Under the pieces are notes generated by a model. It saw only the letters and a list, made by a program, of their open reading frames with translations, searched no databases and was not told the DNA's origin. A stretch of DNA of 64,000 nt from positions 20,417 through 84,416 of IMG/VR virus record IMGVR_UViG_3300044993_000080; one strand, given 5' to 3'. Below are positions 1 to 9,476 of this stretch, piece by piece (position 1 is the first letter of the stretch; every line of letters starts with the position of its first letter). This stretch comes from a virus. The position numbers and the translations under genes are program-made.

Positions 1-441
1 TTCGCCGGTGAGCTTGCCCACGAATACCGAAACGCCGTCTGCTGCGGCTTCGATGCGCGCCACACTGCCGGTCTCGAAGCGGGTCTCGCTGTCCGTGACC
101 TCGAAGCCCTTGGCGGTGGCGGTGATGGTGTAGTCTTCGTAACCTCCCGCATCGAGCCACGCCTTGACAGCGTTCTCGTCAGCGAACTGGCTCTTCTGGA
201 ACTCGAACTGCATGATGCCGTAGCCTTTCGGTGCGATGGCCTCGACCTTGGCGCTTGCCTTCTGCTTGATCTTCATAGTCGGGTTCTCCGTGCCTGCCCC
301 GGACGCCGGAACGGCTGCGTCCATCTTGATTACTCGATAAGGTCGTTGGTTCGCTCCCGCCCGAACCTGCGAAACAAAGCTCGGGTCCGGGTTGCAGAGT
401 GCGGTCGCCTTGATCGTCCGCTTGATCGGCCTGATCTTCAT
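1..441 (-). CDS. Probable capsid scaffold/assembly protein (N-terminal part, runs off the window edge)
   Basis: Manual translation MKIRPIKRTIKATALCNPDPSFVSQVRAGANQRPYRVIK... stays open to base 1. The SFVS..GAN..P..VIK motif is typical of head-assembly genes next to XkdF-like proteases. Confidence 0.55.
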   Translation of the reverse strand, partial: MKIRPIKRTIKATALCNPDPSFVSQVRAGANQRPYRVIKMDAAVPASGAGTENPTMKIKQKASAKVEAIAPKGYGIMQFEFQKSQFADENAVKAWLDAGGYEDYTITATAKGFEVTDSETRFETGSVARIEAAADGVSVFVGKLTGE

Positions 442-453
442 GGTTCGCGCTCC

Positions 454-1044
454 CTAAACCAAATCGAAACGATGCGAGTGGCCGGAGACCTTCTCGGTCA
501 TCGTGCCGTGCTTGATGATGTGCGTGTGGCCGTCAGGCCCCGGCGACGTCATGCCGCGAACGACGCGGCCCCGATCATCGACCTGCACGAAAAACAAATG
601 CTCGTGATCCACACCCTTGATTGTGCGGGTCTTGCCCACGTGATCCCGGACCACGCTGCACTCGACCTCATATTCGACTAGGTTGACCATAGCCTCGAAG
701 CTGAAGCCGTTGAGGTCGCCCTTCAAGACGGCCTCCCACACCTCGTCTCTCGGGCACTTGACGCCCATAACCCATGCGCCTTCGGTGAAGTCCGGGTCGC
801 CAGCGCGGGCCACGAAACTCTCGATAGGGTAGGAGCCGTTCGGGATGTTGTCGTGGTTGGTGTCGATGACGTTGGCCAGATCAAGCTGCATGAACTTGTG
901 GGCCATCTCTTCGACGTGCTCGGGCAACATGAACTCACCATAAGTGTCGAGCACATTAGGCGCATAAACCTCCGCATACACAATGCGGCGATCAGCGTCG
1001 ATGCGCCGGATCATTGCCGTCATTTTGCGTGCTTCGGTTGTCAT
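454..1044 (-). CDS. XkdF-like putative prohead serine protease
   Basis: RRIVYAEVYAPNVLDTYGEF...H...ESF...WVMG...LNGFSFE pattern; located in the head module. Confidence 0.8.
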   Translation of the reverse strand: MTTEARKMTAMIRRIDADRRIVYAEVYAPNVLDTYGEFMLPEHVEEMAHKFMQLDLANVIDTNHDNIPNGSYPIESFVARAGDPDFTEGAWVMGVKCPRDEVWEAVLKGDLNGFSFEAMVNLVEYEVECSVVRDHVGKTRTIKGVDHEHLFFVQVDDRGRVVRGMTSPGPDGHTHIIKHGTMTEKVSGHSHRFDLV

Positions 1045-1143
1045 TACCCTACCCGCTTGGTGGTGAATGACGGCGTTTTATGCTGTCACGGTATGTGCGT
1101 CAAGTGCGCTTGCAACGGGTTGCAATATAGTTTGCCGCTACTA

Positions 1144-2103
1144 TTAGTAATCAACCGCAACAAGCCGGGACCGGCAATTGCCGTGAAGCGGCGGCACTGC
1201 AACACCCGCTGCGAGCATCTGCTCCGGGGTCAGTCCGGTCACGTCGCTGGCTTTCAACCATGGCGCTACAATTTTGATCTCGTCGCCTTGCGCAGCCGCC
1301 ACGCGATCCATGTATAGGCTCAAATCACCAATACGCCAGCGCGTGCCGTTAGTCGCCTGACAAATCTCGGATGTTCGGCTGTCGATGGTCGCCTGAAACA
1401 TCATGCCCGTAAAGCCGTATGCTTGCGCAGTCTTGATGTAGCCGTAATGGTAAGCACGCGATGCAGCGCCGTTGGCGACAAGGCTCCAGTAAGGAACACT
1501 GCGCAGCCGCCGATCCAGCAGCGCGCGGATTGCCCTCAACTGCTCACCGTCATTGGCGAGCCCATCGAGCACGGCGGCGTGCACTGCGTCTACCACGACT
1601 GGCATGACGTGCACGTTGAAATACTGGTTGGTGTAATACTTTGCGCTGGCACTCATCCCGTTGGTGATCTGTAACCGCTGAAGATCGGACAATAGCGGCC
1701 CGAACGCTATGTCGTGTTGGCCTAAGGTGATGATGTTCCACAAGGTCTGCCGGACACTGTTGTCGAGCCCACGTGGCCAATGCTGCGCCTGCCAGACCGC
1801 CCCGGCTGTCACCATGGCCGCTGTGATGTGTTGCTCATCGACATAGGTGCCGGACAGGGCCGCCTCCAAGTCGGGCTGGATAATGTCAGCTATTCGGACG
1901 GCGTTGTCGCTCAACTGCTGGGTAAGTTCGATCTCCCCATCAACGAACGGGGCATCGCCGGTCTCTTGCCTCAATACCCGGCGCAAGCCCGAATAATCCA
2001 CAACTGCGCGCTCCAGCCGCATCAACGTGATCCGGTCAAGAGCGTCCTCAGTCGCGTGGGTTCCGCAGCACCCGCAATTGATGTGCTCGGCGAAAAAGCT
2101 CAT
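1144..2103 (-). CDS. Head morphogenesis protein (SPP1 gp7 / Mu gpF-like)
   Basis: C-terminal D.RTS.IC and PPLHGNCRS motifs; directly downstream of the portal. Confidence 0.85.
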   Translation of the reverse strand: MSFFAEHINCGCCGTHATEDALDRITLMRLERAVVDYSGLRRVLRQETGDAPFVDGEIELTQQLSDNAVRIADIIQPDLEAALSGTYVDEQHITAAMVTAGAVWQAQHWPRGLDNSVRQTLWNIITLGQHDIAFGPLLSDLQRLQITNGMSASAKYYTNQYFNVHVMPVVVDAVHAAVLDGLANDGEQLRAIRALLDRRLRSVPYWSLVANGAASRAYHYGYIKTAQAYGFTGMMFQATIDSRTSEICQATNGTRWRIGDLSLYMDRVAAAQGDEIKIVAPWLKASDVTGLTPEQMLAAGVAVPPLHGNCRSRLVAVDY

Positions 2104-3935
2104 TGGACGGCCACCACCTGCTCTCGCGCCGGGTTGAAGTCGGCGGTCAGGTGAGAGCCCTCATCCAATGGACTGATGCGTGGTCTGGTTCGGGGTGGTG
2201 GGCTGACTTCGCGGTCCCGGTAGGAGGCCTGCTTGTTGGTTTGCAGCAATGTGGCCAAGTCACCCATGACGCGGCGGATCGCACGGCGTTTGCGCTGCGC
2301 GGTTTCCTCCTCTACTTCTTCTGCGCCTTCTGGTTCTTCATCACCTTCGGGGTCTTCCTCGAACTCCTCGGTTTCCTCGATGGCGGCCATGATCTCCTCG
2401 AAGCCCTTGATCTTACCGGCGGTGGCAAGCGCCCTCACCACCGCCCACGGGTAATTGCCCCACGGCTCGATAATCGTGGGGATGTCGAGCCCGAATTGTT
2501 CATTGGCTAGGCCGATAGCGACGTTCGGTGTCATCGCGCCGACTTCGTCAAACGCCCTCACGGCGCTGACGACCCCTTCCGGGTTGCTGATGCGCGGCGG
2601 GTTGGAACGGACCTCCCAATACTTAACGCCGTAAGGCCCCAGAATGTGTCGGTTGATGATGTCGTCCAGCACGGCCCGCTCCGGCCCGAATACTTGGCTC
2701 TCGGCGACCTCGTAGGCCACCTGTGCCGTGGAGCGGGTAAAGTCCTGTGAGTGGCCGGTAAAGAGCGCAGACAGCCGGAAGCTCGACCGCACTTTCTCCT
2801 GCTGTGCCTTGTCGTATTCGAGAAACTGCCCTTCCTTGATGCGCTCGCCTGCCAGTGGCTTCAGGTCCACTTTCGGGGCCGGAATGGTGCCATCCTTTGA
2901 CGCGGCGGTCTCATCACCCTCGACTTCGATGATGAGCACGCGGTTCTGGGCGGCGCGCCCACGGGCCGCTGTGACATGGCTTTCGATCTGCTCGATGGTG
3001 CCCGTCGCCAGCGTGCCACCGCTCACCAGCACGGCCATCGCCGGGATGGCGTTCTCCTTGAAGAAGTCAAGGTTGGTCAGTTCTGCCTGCCTTGATCCTT
3101 GAATGGCAACAAGATTGTTGAACCACCGGGGCAATCCGTAGTCCTGCCCCGGATAGTATTGCCTGACCATGATTATCTCGGTCGCGGTGTCCTCATACTT
3201 AAGGTTCTGCTCGACCTTGCCGTTGGTCGGGTTGATGTCTCGTGGGTCTCCGAACTCCTTGAAGTAAACCTTCTTGGTGCCGACAATCTGGACAAAGCGC
3301 CGGAAGTGGCGGCGGGTGACGGCGTTCGCCTTGCGCCCAAACTGATTGACTTCAGTGACAACCTGCACGGCCTCCTTCTCGCGGGTGGTAATCCGCATGG
3401 TGTGCGCCGGGATGTGGCCCATGAAAACAGGCAACTTGTCCTTGGTCCTGCCCACCTCGATGTAACTGAAGCCCAGACCCTCAATATCCCAGCGCAGCCG
3501 CTTGCGTAGCTCGACCAGTGAGTGCTCGGGGTGGATCGACCCCAGCAGGCTTTCAATGTTGGCCTTCTCAATTTGCGCGGCCTCAGTCTGCTCCTCACCG
3601 TCCGGCCCGACGTATTCGAGCCTCCAACCGTGGCCTTCGATGTTGATGACCATGGCTTCGATGCACTGACGCAAAATCGAGTTGTCGTTCGGCATCCGCA
3701 AGAGTGCTGCGAGGTTGACGGGAGGCGGCTGAATACGGAAGTCGCTCGCTCCCCCGACATCGTAGAGGTTATAAGTGCTGAACGGGTCCGGAATGGACTG
3801 CGAGAAGTCACCCCGCTGGACGGACTGAAGAATATCGTCCCCGTCCTGCGCGGTAGAACGACCCACGACATAAGTGCGGTCCCCTGCCTTACGACGTGCA
3901 CGTGTCCGGGCAGGCGGGTTGATCGTGACGGCCAT
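2100..3935 (-). CDS. Portal protein (PBSX-like family)
   Basis: 611 aa; YGLPRW, NLDFFKENAIP and MTPNVA motifs; head module context. Confidence 0.88.
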   Translation of the reverse strand: MAVTINPPARTRARRKAGDRTYVVGRSTAQDGDDILQSVQRGDFSQSIPDPFSTYNLYDVGGASDFRIQPPPVNLAALLRMPNDNSILRQCIEAMVINIEGHGWRLEYVGPDGEEQTEAAQIEKANIESLLGSIHPEHSLVELRKRLRWDIEGLGFSYIEVGRTKDKLPVFMGHIPAHTMRITTREKEAVQVVTEVNQFGRKANAVTRRHFRRFVQIVGTKKVYFKEFGDPRDINPTNGKVEQNLKYEDTATEIIMVRQYYPGQDYGLPRWFNNLVAIQGSRQAELTNLDFFKENAIPAMAVLVSGGTLATGTIEQIESHVTAARGRAAQNRVLIIEVEGDETAASKDGTIPAPKVDLKPLAGERIKEGQFLEYDKAQQEKVRSSFRLSALFTGHSQDFTRSTAQVAYEVAESQVFGPERAVLDDIINRHILGPYGVKYWEVRSNPPRISNPEGVVSAVRAFDEVGAMTPNVAIGLANEQFGLDIPTIIEPWGNYPWAVVRALATAGKIKGFEEIMAAIEETEEFEEDPEGDEEPEGAEEVEEETAQRKRRAIRRVMGDLATLLQTNKQASYRDREVSPPPRTRPRISPLDEGSHLTADFNPAREQVVAVQ

Positions 3936-3982
3936 CAGTGTCCTCGCGGGTTTGTAACCGGGGCACCATAATCGGGCATCGC

Positions 3983-5500
3983 TTACATATCAAGCTGCAC
4001 CCGCCTCTTGGCTCCCATGGTGCTTGTTGCAACGGGTTGCAAAACCCCACTCTCCGTGAACTGCAACTCGTTGGGCGGCAAATCCGCAAACAACTGGGTC
4101 AGGGTGTTGACGTGGTGATTATGCCCACTCCGCTTCGCATCCTTGCCAACGCTGGAGTAGTTGGACCCGCAAAGTATCACCCCGCCCGGTGCGTTGCGCA
4201 AGAGCACCGGGAAATTCTTGGTGCATACAGGAAAGTCGGGGCGACCATCCCACACGATCTTCGAGCGCAGATACTTGCGGCGGTGCATGGCGTGCTGAAG
4301 CGCGCTGGCGAAGTAGGTGTTAGACTGAATAGCGTGGGTGACGCGTGGGTCCATGCCGCGCTGTGGTGATAGGGGCGCGCTCTGGGTGCATTCGGCATCA
4401 GAGACAGCAACAGGAAGGATAAAAGCGACTTTGCACGTCTCAGCGATCCGCGTCCGCCACATGACGTGCTCGATGAATAGGAACCGATGGTAGCCGTTGC
4501 TGCGGTGGATCAGCACGTGATCGCCGCTATTCAGCACATCCTCGGCTCGCCGTCCGTAGCGCCCGTCCGGGAATGTGCGAAATGCCAGCAACCGCCCGGC
4601 GCACCCACTGACCTGTCTGTTGTCATATGCGTGCTCGACCGGGAACGGGGTGTTGTTGCGGTCTTCGAGCACGAGCCGCCGTTTGCTGTATCGGTGCTCT
4701 GCGCCCTTATCGCCCTTTACGTGACCCTGTGTCGCAGCCAGTGCGGCGCGGGCGGTGTTGACGGCTGACGCCCGTAAGTTGTTGTCCAGTTTTTCCTTGT
4801 GCAGTTCGCGGTTCGAATTGGCACACCATTTCTCGTATATATCCGAGATTACACACGTGAACCGACTATTGACCTGCATGTGGGTGTAGCCGACCTCGCG
4901 CGGCTCCAGCCACGGGTAGCGGGTGTCGTAAATGAGCGCCACCCAGTCGATATACCATAGAAGCTGGCCGTCCACTTCAACATCGCAGTCTTTAGGGTTG
5001 GAAATGTCAAAGTGGGCGACTAGGAAATCATAGGTTCGTATGTTTGTCCCGCCGATACATTGCGCCGCCGTCAATAGCTCGTCGTGACTGATTTCGGTAT
5101 AGACCACGGTGTCTTCGCCGCTGTCGTTCGGGATAGTGGAGAGCACCCGGACGATCTCTGCCTGAAGCCAATCGTCGTCTATCGAAAGCACAGGCACAAC
5201 CTGATCTTTGTGAACATCCTGCGTCATACGCCAGCCCTGAGGAATGTGCGGGAACTTGGCATCTTCGCCGGGCGCAAGATAGTAACAGATGCTGTGGCCC
5301 CAGTAGCCGTTATGGCCGCCAATGTTGTAGTGGGCTCGCCGCGCTTGCAGAACATGAACGTCGAGCACCGTGTAAGCCCCGTCGCAAACGGTCTCGTCTC
5401 CGATCCTGCTGAACTCGGGTCTGTAATGGAAGCGGCTGCTGCTCCAATCGCGTGTGTGCCGGACGTGGATGGGGTTAATACTGATACGCGCCAATTTCAA
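3983..5500 (-). CDS. Hypothetical protein, 505 aa
   Basis: Long ORF preceded by a promoter cassette and a GAGAGGAGA RBS. Confidence 0.7.
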   Translation of the reverse strand: MKLARISINPIHVRHTRDWSSSRFHYRPEFSRIGDETVCDGAYTVLDVHVLQARRAHYNIGGHNGYWGHSICYYLAPGEDAKFPHIPQGWRMTQDVHKDQVVPVLSIDDDWLQAEIVRVLSTIPNDSGEDTVVYTEISHDELLTAAQCIGGTNIRTYDFLVAHFDISNPKDCDVEVDGQLLWYIDWVALIYDTRYPWLEPREVGYTHMQVNSRFTCVISDIYEKWCANSNRELHKEKLDNNLRASAVNTARAALAATQGHVKGDKGAEHRYSKRRLVLEDRNNTPFPVEHAYDNRQVSGCAGRLLAFRTFPDGRYGRRAEDVLNSGDHVLIHRSNGYHRFLFIEHVMWRTRIAETCKVAFILPVAVSDAECTQSAPLSPQRGMDPRVTHAIQSNTYFASALQHAMHRRKYLRSKIVWDGRPDFPVCTKNFPVLLRNAPGGVILCGSNYSSVGKDAKRSGHNHHVNTLTQLFADLPPNELQFTESGVLQPVATSTMGAKRRVQLDM

Positions 5501-5550
5501 TCTCCTCTCGACACTGGCATATTGCCATAGCCTAGATTTATTGTCAAGCG
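5501..5550 (-). promoter_or_regulatory. Phage sigma70-type promoter cassette with shared leader
   Basis: TTGACA (5547-5542), 17 bp, CAATAT, then GTCGAGAGGAGA leader/RBS. Confidence 0.75.
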
Positions 5551-5553
5551 CAA

Positions 5554-6225
5554 TCAGTCGAGATTGATCTGGCGAGTGCTAGGCCTGACAGGCAAACGCC
5601 TTGCCGAGATATACCCTTGCTGCGTATTATTCATGGTCTCTGACCATGTTTTGCAGTTAGTGCCCCCCGCGCTGTCCATTAACCGGTTGACTACATCCGG
5701 CGTCTCCCGTGCGATGCGCAACAACACAGGGTCGTCTATCCTGCTTCCTACTTCGCCTGTCATGGCCCTGACCAGTCGAGAGAGCCCTGCGTGCTCTGAT
5801 GTGTGAACATAAATGAACTGGTCCGCCGCCGTGATAGCGAAAAAATGATTGTAGCCCTCCGTGTCTCGGAAGGTGTTCTCATTCCACTGCCCCACATGCG
5901 GTTGCGGCAACGCGCTCCACGATCTCTGGTGTTCCACGGACAACCAGATGACCGGCACGTCGGTGTCGATCATGTCCTGATCCGTAGGCTCTCGGTCGCT
6001 GACGACGATGACCTGCTTCGCGTCCTCAAACGCCAAGGGCATAGTATGCCGCCAATTCTCGCCCGCCACGTTGCGGTCCCGCAAGTCTTTCAACTCGGCT
6101 TCCTGCTGACCGCACTTCATCAAGAGCGCACGATACTTCCCCAGAATGCCTACCCCGGAATAAACCGTCATACCCGTGGCGATAACGAGACCCATCACTA
6201 ACCACGCGCTGACATCACCCATCAC
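5554..6225 (-). CDS. Hypothetical membrane-anchored protein
   Basis: N-terminal hydrophobic helix followed by a short coiled coil; start overlaps the upstream stop. Confidence 0.65.
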   Translation of the reverse strand: MMGDVSAWLVMGLVIATGMTVYSGVGILGKYRALLMKCGQQEAELKDLRDRNVAGENWRHTMPLAFEDAKQVIVVSDREPTDQDMIDTDVPVIWLSVEHQRSWSALPQPHVGQWNENTFRDTEGYNHFFAITAADQFIYVHTSEHAGLSRLVRAMTGEVGSRIDDPVLLRIARETPDVVNRLMDSAGGTNCKTWSETMNNTQQGYISARRLPVRPSTRQINLD

Positions 6226-6575
6226 TGCCGCTCCTTCGTCGCAAACTTCCCTCTGCCTGCATTAAACGGATAGTCTAGCGGGTGCTTGCTCTTGCCGGTT
6301 TTCGGGTCTCGCTCGTGCATCCACCTACGGAAATGAGCGTCGAACATGTAGCAGGGCAGTTGCGCGTTCGGAAACTTGGTCTGGTTCGGGTGTGGCACCT
6401 GCAACGTCACAACTGGCCATCCGAGCTTGCGAAGCTCGCTGCACCGAGCGTTGATGGCAAAACAGTTGTATTCGATGATGCTGCTAATCGGAGTGATCTT
6501 GTCGCCGGACAGCAAACCCATCAAAACACGCCACTGCTGGGTGCCCTCTTCGGGTAGTGGATTAGGGCGGGTCAC
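6222..6575 (-). CDS. Helix-turn-helix DNA-binding protein
   Basis: INARCSELRKLGWPV motif of small phage wHTH proteins; GTG start overlaps the upstream TGA. Confidence 0.65.
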   Translation of the reverse strand: MTRPNPLPEEGTQQWRVLMGLLSGDKITPISSIIEYNCFAINARCSELRKLGWPVVTLQVPHPNQTKFPNAQLPCYMFDAHFRRWMHERDPKTGKSKHPLDYPFNAGRGKFATKERQ

Positions 6576-6802
6576 AGGGGATACTCCAACCGCTTGAGGT
6601 AAGCCGCCGCATCGAGATGGGGACGACGAGTGCGCAACCAATGCACCCAATAGACGTCAATAGGCAACGGGGAGCGGTGAGGCCGGGGCGGCACGGGGCC
6701 GCGACTGCCGGATGCAAAAGGGAACGCCTTGCAGAAGGCGTCGAACGCATCGAGCACTTCGCAAGAGCTAGGAAGGCCAGCGGGAACAAAAGGTGCAGAC
6801 AT
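6572..6802 (-). CDS. Small hypothetical protein
   Basis: ATG follows a GTCGAGAGGAGA leader and a promoter (-35 at 6855-6850). Confidence 0.6.
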   Translation of the reverse strand: MSAPFVPAGLPSSCEVLDAFDAFCKAFPFASGSRGPVPPRPHRSPLPIDVYWVHWLRTRRPHLDAAAYLKRLEYPL

Positions 6803-6862
6803 ATCAAATCTCCTCTCGACCCTTACGGCCTAGCATAGCTGAGATTTGATGTCAACCCATGT

Positions 6863-6901
6863 AAAAAACGGCCCTGTCTCGCAGGGGGAGACAGGGCCGT
6901 T
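6863..6901 (-). terminator. Intrinsic terminator
   Basis: Perfect stem ACGGCCCTGTCTC/GAGACAGGGCCGT followed by a U6 tract on the minus strand. Confidence 0.85.
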
Positions 6902-6976
6902 CGTTTCGGCTAGTGGAAGGCGACACGAAACCTTGTCGAGAGGGAAACGTGCCTTTCTCAACACTCGCCTACTTAA
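6863..6976 (-). ncRNA. Predicted ~115-nt small RNA with an anti-leader loop
   Basis: Promoter TTGACA (7011-7006), 17 bp, TAACTT (6988-6983); no ORF; hairpin with loop UUUCCCUCUCGACAAGGUUU; ends in an intrinsic terminator. Confidence 0.6.
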
Positions 6977-7040
6977 GTCCCCAAGTTAGACTGGCAAACC
7001 CTGAATGTCAAGCGGGCTATGATGCAACCCGTTGCACGCT

Positions 7041-7349
7041 TTAAGCGTTGAGACGCTCCGCGATCCACGCGGCGGTCGATCCCCGGACATCCAAGTCGCC
7101 ATCCAACACCACGCAAATGCTGCGCCCTTGACTGTCGAAAACGTTGGGGCCGTCGCTGTGATAAGGCCCCCGCCCACGCTTGCGCCCCCCGGATTGTGAG
7201 GCCTCGACTGCACTGGTGTCCGGGGTCTCTTCCTCGGTTTCAAGTGCTGATGACGGCTCGGCGGCCACCACGCCCGTGGGACCTTCGATAGCTGCGGTGT
7301 CCGGGCGAGTGACGCGGGTGCGCGGGCTCGGGGTCTTGGTCTCGCTCAT
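7041..7349 (-). CDS. Hypothetical protein
   Basis: Strong AAGGAGGA RBS; N-terminal PSPRTRVTRP peptide. Confidence 0.65.
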   Translation of the reverse strand: MSETKTPSPRTRVTRPDTAAIEGPTGVVAAEPSSALETEEETPDTSAVEASQSGGRKRGRGPYHSDGPNVFDSQGRSICVVLDGDLDVRGSTAAWIAERLNA

Positions 7350-7424
7350 AATCTTCCTCCTTCGCTGTGGTGCTTGATACGCTGCCTATTAGCCGCCGTC
7401 CAGATTGATCGTCCGTGGGCGTTC

Positions 7425-7682
7425 TCACTGGCGGACAAGGGGGTCGCTTGCGAGCGCCGCTCTACCCGCTGCGGTGACGCTGTATGTCACTAGATTGTGC
7501 TTCACTTCATGACGGGACACGAAACCTCGTTCCCTCAATGATCGTAGTGCAGGAGCAACCCTGCTGGAAGCCTTGGCGCGCTCATGACCCAGAGCCAACC
7601 CCAGCAGGGTTGGTGTAAAACCGTCGCCGATTTGTTTTGCTGCCCGAAGTGCAGCTAATTCAGATTTCTTCAGCCTATCCAT
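7425..7682 (-). CDS. Winged-helix DNA-binding protein
   Basis: ALRSLRERGFV...YSVTAAGRAAL wing signature; GGAGGAG RBS; palindrome at 7725-7738 upstream. Confidence 0.7.
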   Translation of the reverse strand: MDRLKKSELAALRAAKQIGDGFTPTLLGLALGHERAKASSRVAPALRSLRERGFVSRHEVKHNLVTYSVTAAGRAALASDPLVRQ

Positions 7683-7742
7683 TTGCTCCTCCGTGGTCCG
7701 CCTATACTCATTGGTTGTGCGGGTTGCAACGAGTTGCAGCCG

Positions 7743-8429
7743 TCATAACATAACGCCCCCTTTGTCCGCGACATATAGCTTGGGTGACTGGATGCGCTGT
7801 TTACCCGCGCCTTCCAACGCGCTACGGATAAGCGCGATCCCTTCGTTTTCGTTCATTATCTCGCCGTGCCGCCAAACCTCGTAATCTACCCAGCGCTTGA
7901 TGTGCACTCGCCCGGTGTCATCGAGCCGGTAGTCGCTAACTGGGTATAGTTTGCGGTCCACCGCACGCGGCCACGTGATCGAATAACTATAGGACCGCGC
8001 CTGCACGAATACGACTGGCCGATCCGGCATGACGGTGTGGTCCACCGCAATGTCGAAGGGCACACCGTTCTTAGTGGCCGGTAGCCCGTCCAGCCGCTTC
8101 GTGTATTTCGGTGCGGCGAGGTAAGGGCAGACCTTGAGCGCGTAGCTGGAGCACTCGTGGTGCATAGGGCTGTCGATGTAGCAGCCGTGAGGGTGGAAAG
8201 CCGATAGCGGCCCTCCTACCCACCATAGGTCGCCGATCTCCAGCTCTCCGCCGCATATCGGGCAAAGCATTTCCTCCAACGCCTGCCACGACTTGCGATC
8301 ATCGTTGACCGTAAACAGCGGCTCCCCTGCGTTGTCACGCGCCACGTTCCATGGGATAGGGAAGCCCCGCCGATCTCTCGGCAGGTGCTCCATGCGTTCA
8401 GGGACAGGCACGTCCCACCACTTAAACAT
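7743..8429 (-). CDS. Hypothetical Cys/His (zinc-binding) protein
   Basis: CPICG and PMHHEC...CPYL motifs. Confidence 0.65.
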   Translation of the reverse strand: MFKWWDVPVPERMEHLPRDRRGFPIPWNVARDNAGEPLFTVNDDRKSWQALEEMLCPICGGELEIGDLWWVGGPLSAFHPHGCYIDSPMHHECSSYALKVCPYLAAPKYTKRLDGLPATKNGVPFDIAVDHTVMPDRPVVFVQARSYSYSITWPRAVDRKLYPVSDYRLDDTGRVHIKRWVDYEVWRHGEIMNENEGIALIRSALEGAGKQRIQSPKLYVADKGGVML

Positions 8430-9462
8430 GGCAATCGACCGCAACAAGGATCGTGTCCGGGTCCATGGCTTCGAGCCGGGCCATGATTTCGCGGTGCCAG
8501 TGCTTATTCTCACCGGCAACTACGGCGAACATCAGCATCTGGCCCTTCTCGTGCCAGCCGTCCTTATCGACCAAAGCAAAGGGCAGGACGGTCGTGGCGG
8601 CCTTGCGGAATACCACGTCATCACGCGGGCCGATCCAGTCGGTCACGCTGTCGAAAAAGTCAATGATCTTGCCCCCGGCCCAATGCTTTCTGTTTTTGTC
8701 GGTCGCGTCGAATGCCACGACTTCACGGGCCGCTACGATTGCGGGCTGCTGGTTGAATACCTTCCGGGCCGTGTCGTAATCAGAAGCATAGCGTTCTTTG
8801 ATAGTCTCCCACGTCTCGGGCTTGGGGTGCTGCGCCATCGCCGCGTGGATGTCGTCATAGTAACGTCCGTAACGCTCCGTGGCAGTCTCGATGCGCTGCT
8901 TGAACGGCCAATCGCCCAGCCGGATCGAGTTGCCGTCTCTGCGAAAGCCCTGAAGCGCAGCCGGGACGTTCGGGTTGTCCTCGGTGCCCTCCTCGCTGAA
9001 CATGCCGCTCCAGCGCCCGCCAATGACATACCAGTCCCACTTACGGTTCGGGTTGGTGCGGTTCACCACGCGGATGACCTCGTGCTCGCAGCCGACAACC
9101 TTGCCGTCATCGGCTGCGAGCTTGATCTGGAGCTTGGCTTTGGCCGGGCGAACTTCGATGTAGCCGTATTTGTGTTTACCGCTGATGTCCGGCGTCTCGC
9201 CTTCCATGACAAACTCCAGCCCGTAGTGGCTGCGCGCCCAGTCGGCGAAGCTCGTCACTTCCCCGCTGCGGGTCGTCGCGTATTCCCAGCTTGCGCGCGC
9301 CCCGTCGGTCTCGTCGACATCGACCACGTATTCGTTGTCTATGCCGGTGCACTCGAACTCGTGGTAAGGTGCGAGCATCGGGGCGATGGCCGCGCTCAGA
9401 TCGCCATTGGCCTCGGCCACCTTCTCTGGCGGCACCGCTACTATCACGACAAAATGCGACAT
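8422..9462 (-). CDS. Hypothetical phage protein
   Basis: NPNRKWDWYVIGGRW motif and C-terminal VDCH; AGGAG RBS. Confidence 0.7.
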   Translation of the reverse strand: MSHFVVIVAVPPEKVAEANGDLSAAIAPMLAPYHEFECTGIDNEYVVDVDETDGARASWEYATTRSGEVTSFADWARSHYGLEFVMEGETPDISGKHKYGYIEVRPAKAKLQIKLAADDGKVVGCEHEVIRVVNRTNPNRKWDWYVIGGRWSGMFSEEGTEDNPNVPAALQGFRRDGNSIRLGDWPFKQRIETATERYGRYYDDIHAAMAQHPKPETWETIKERYASDYDTARKVFNQQPAIVAAREVVAFDATDKNRKHWAGGKIIDFFDSVTDWIGPRDDVVFRKAATTVLPFALVDKDGWHEKGQMLMFAVVAGENKHWHREIMARLEAMDPDTILVAVDCHV

Positions 9463-9476
9463 TCATTCAACTCCTG

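Noticed and set aside
1111-1124. Palindrome as canonical parS, a REP element or a terminator
   Set aside because: It differs from TGTTTCACGTGAAACA. A 2-nt centre cannot form a good RNA hairpin, there are no U tracts, and many copies are intragenic.
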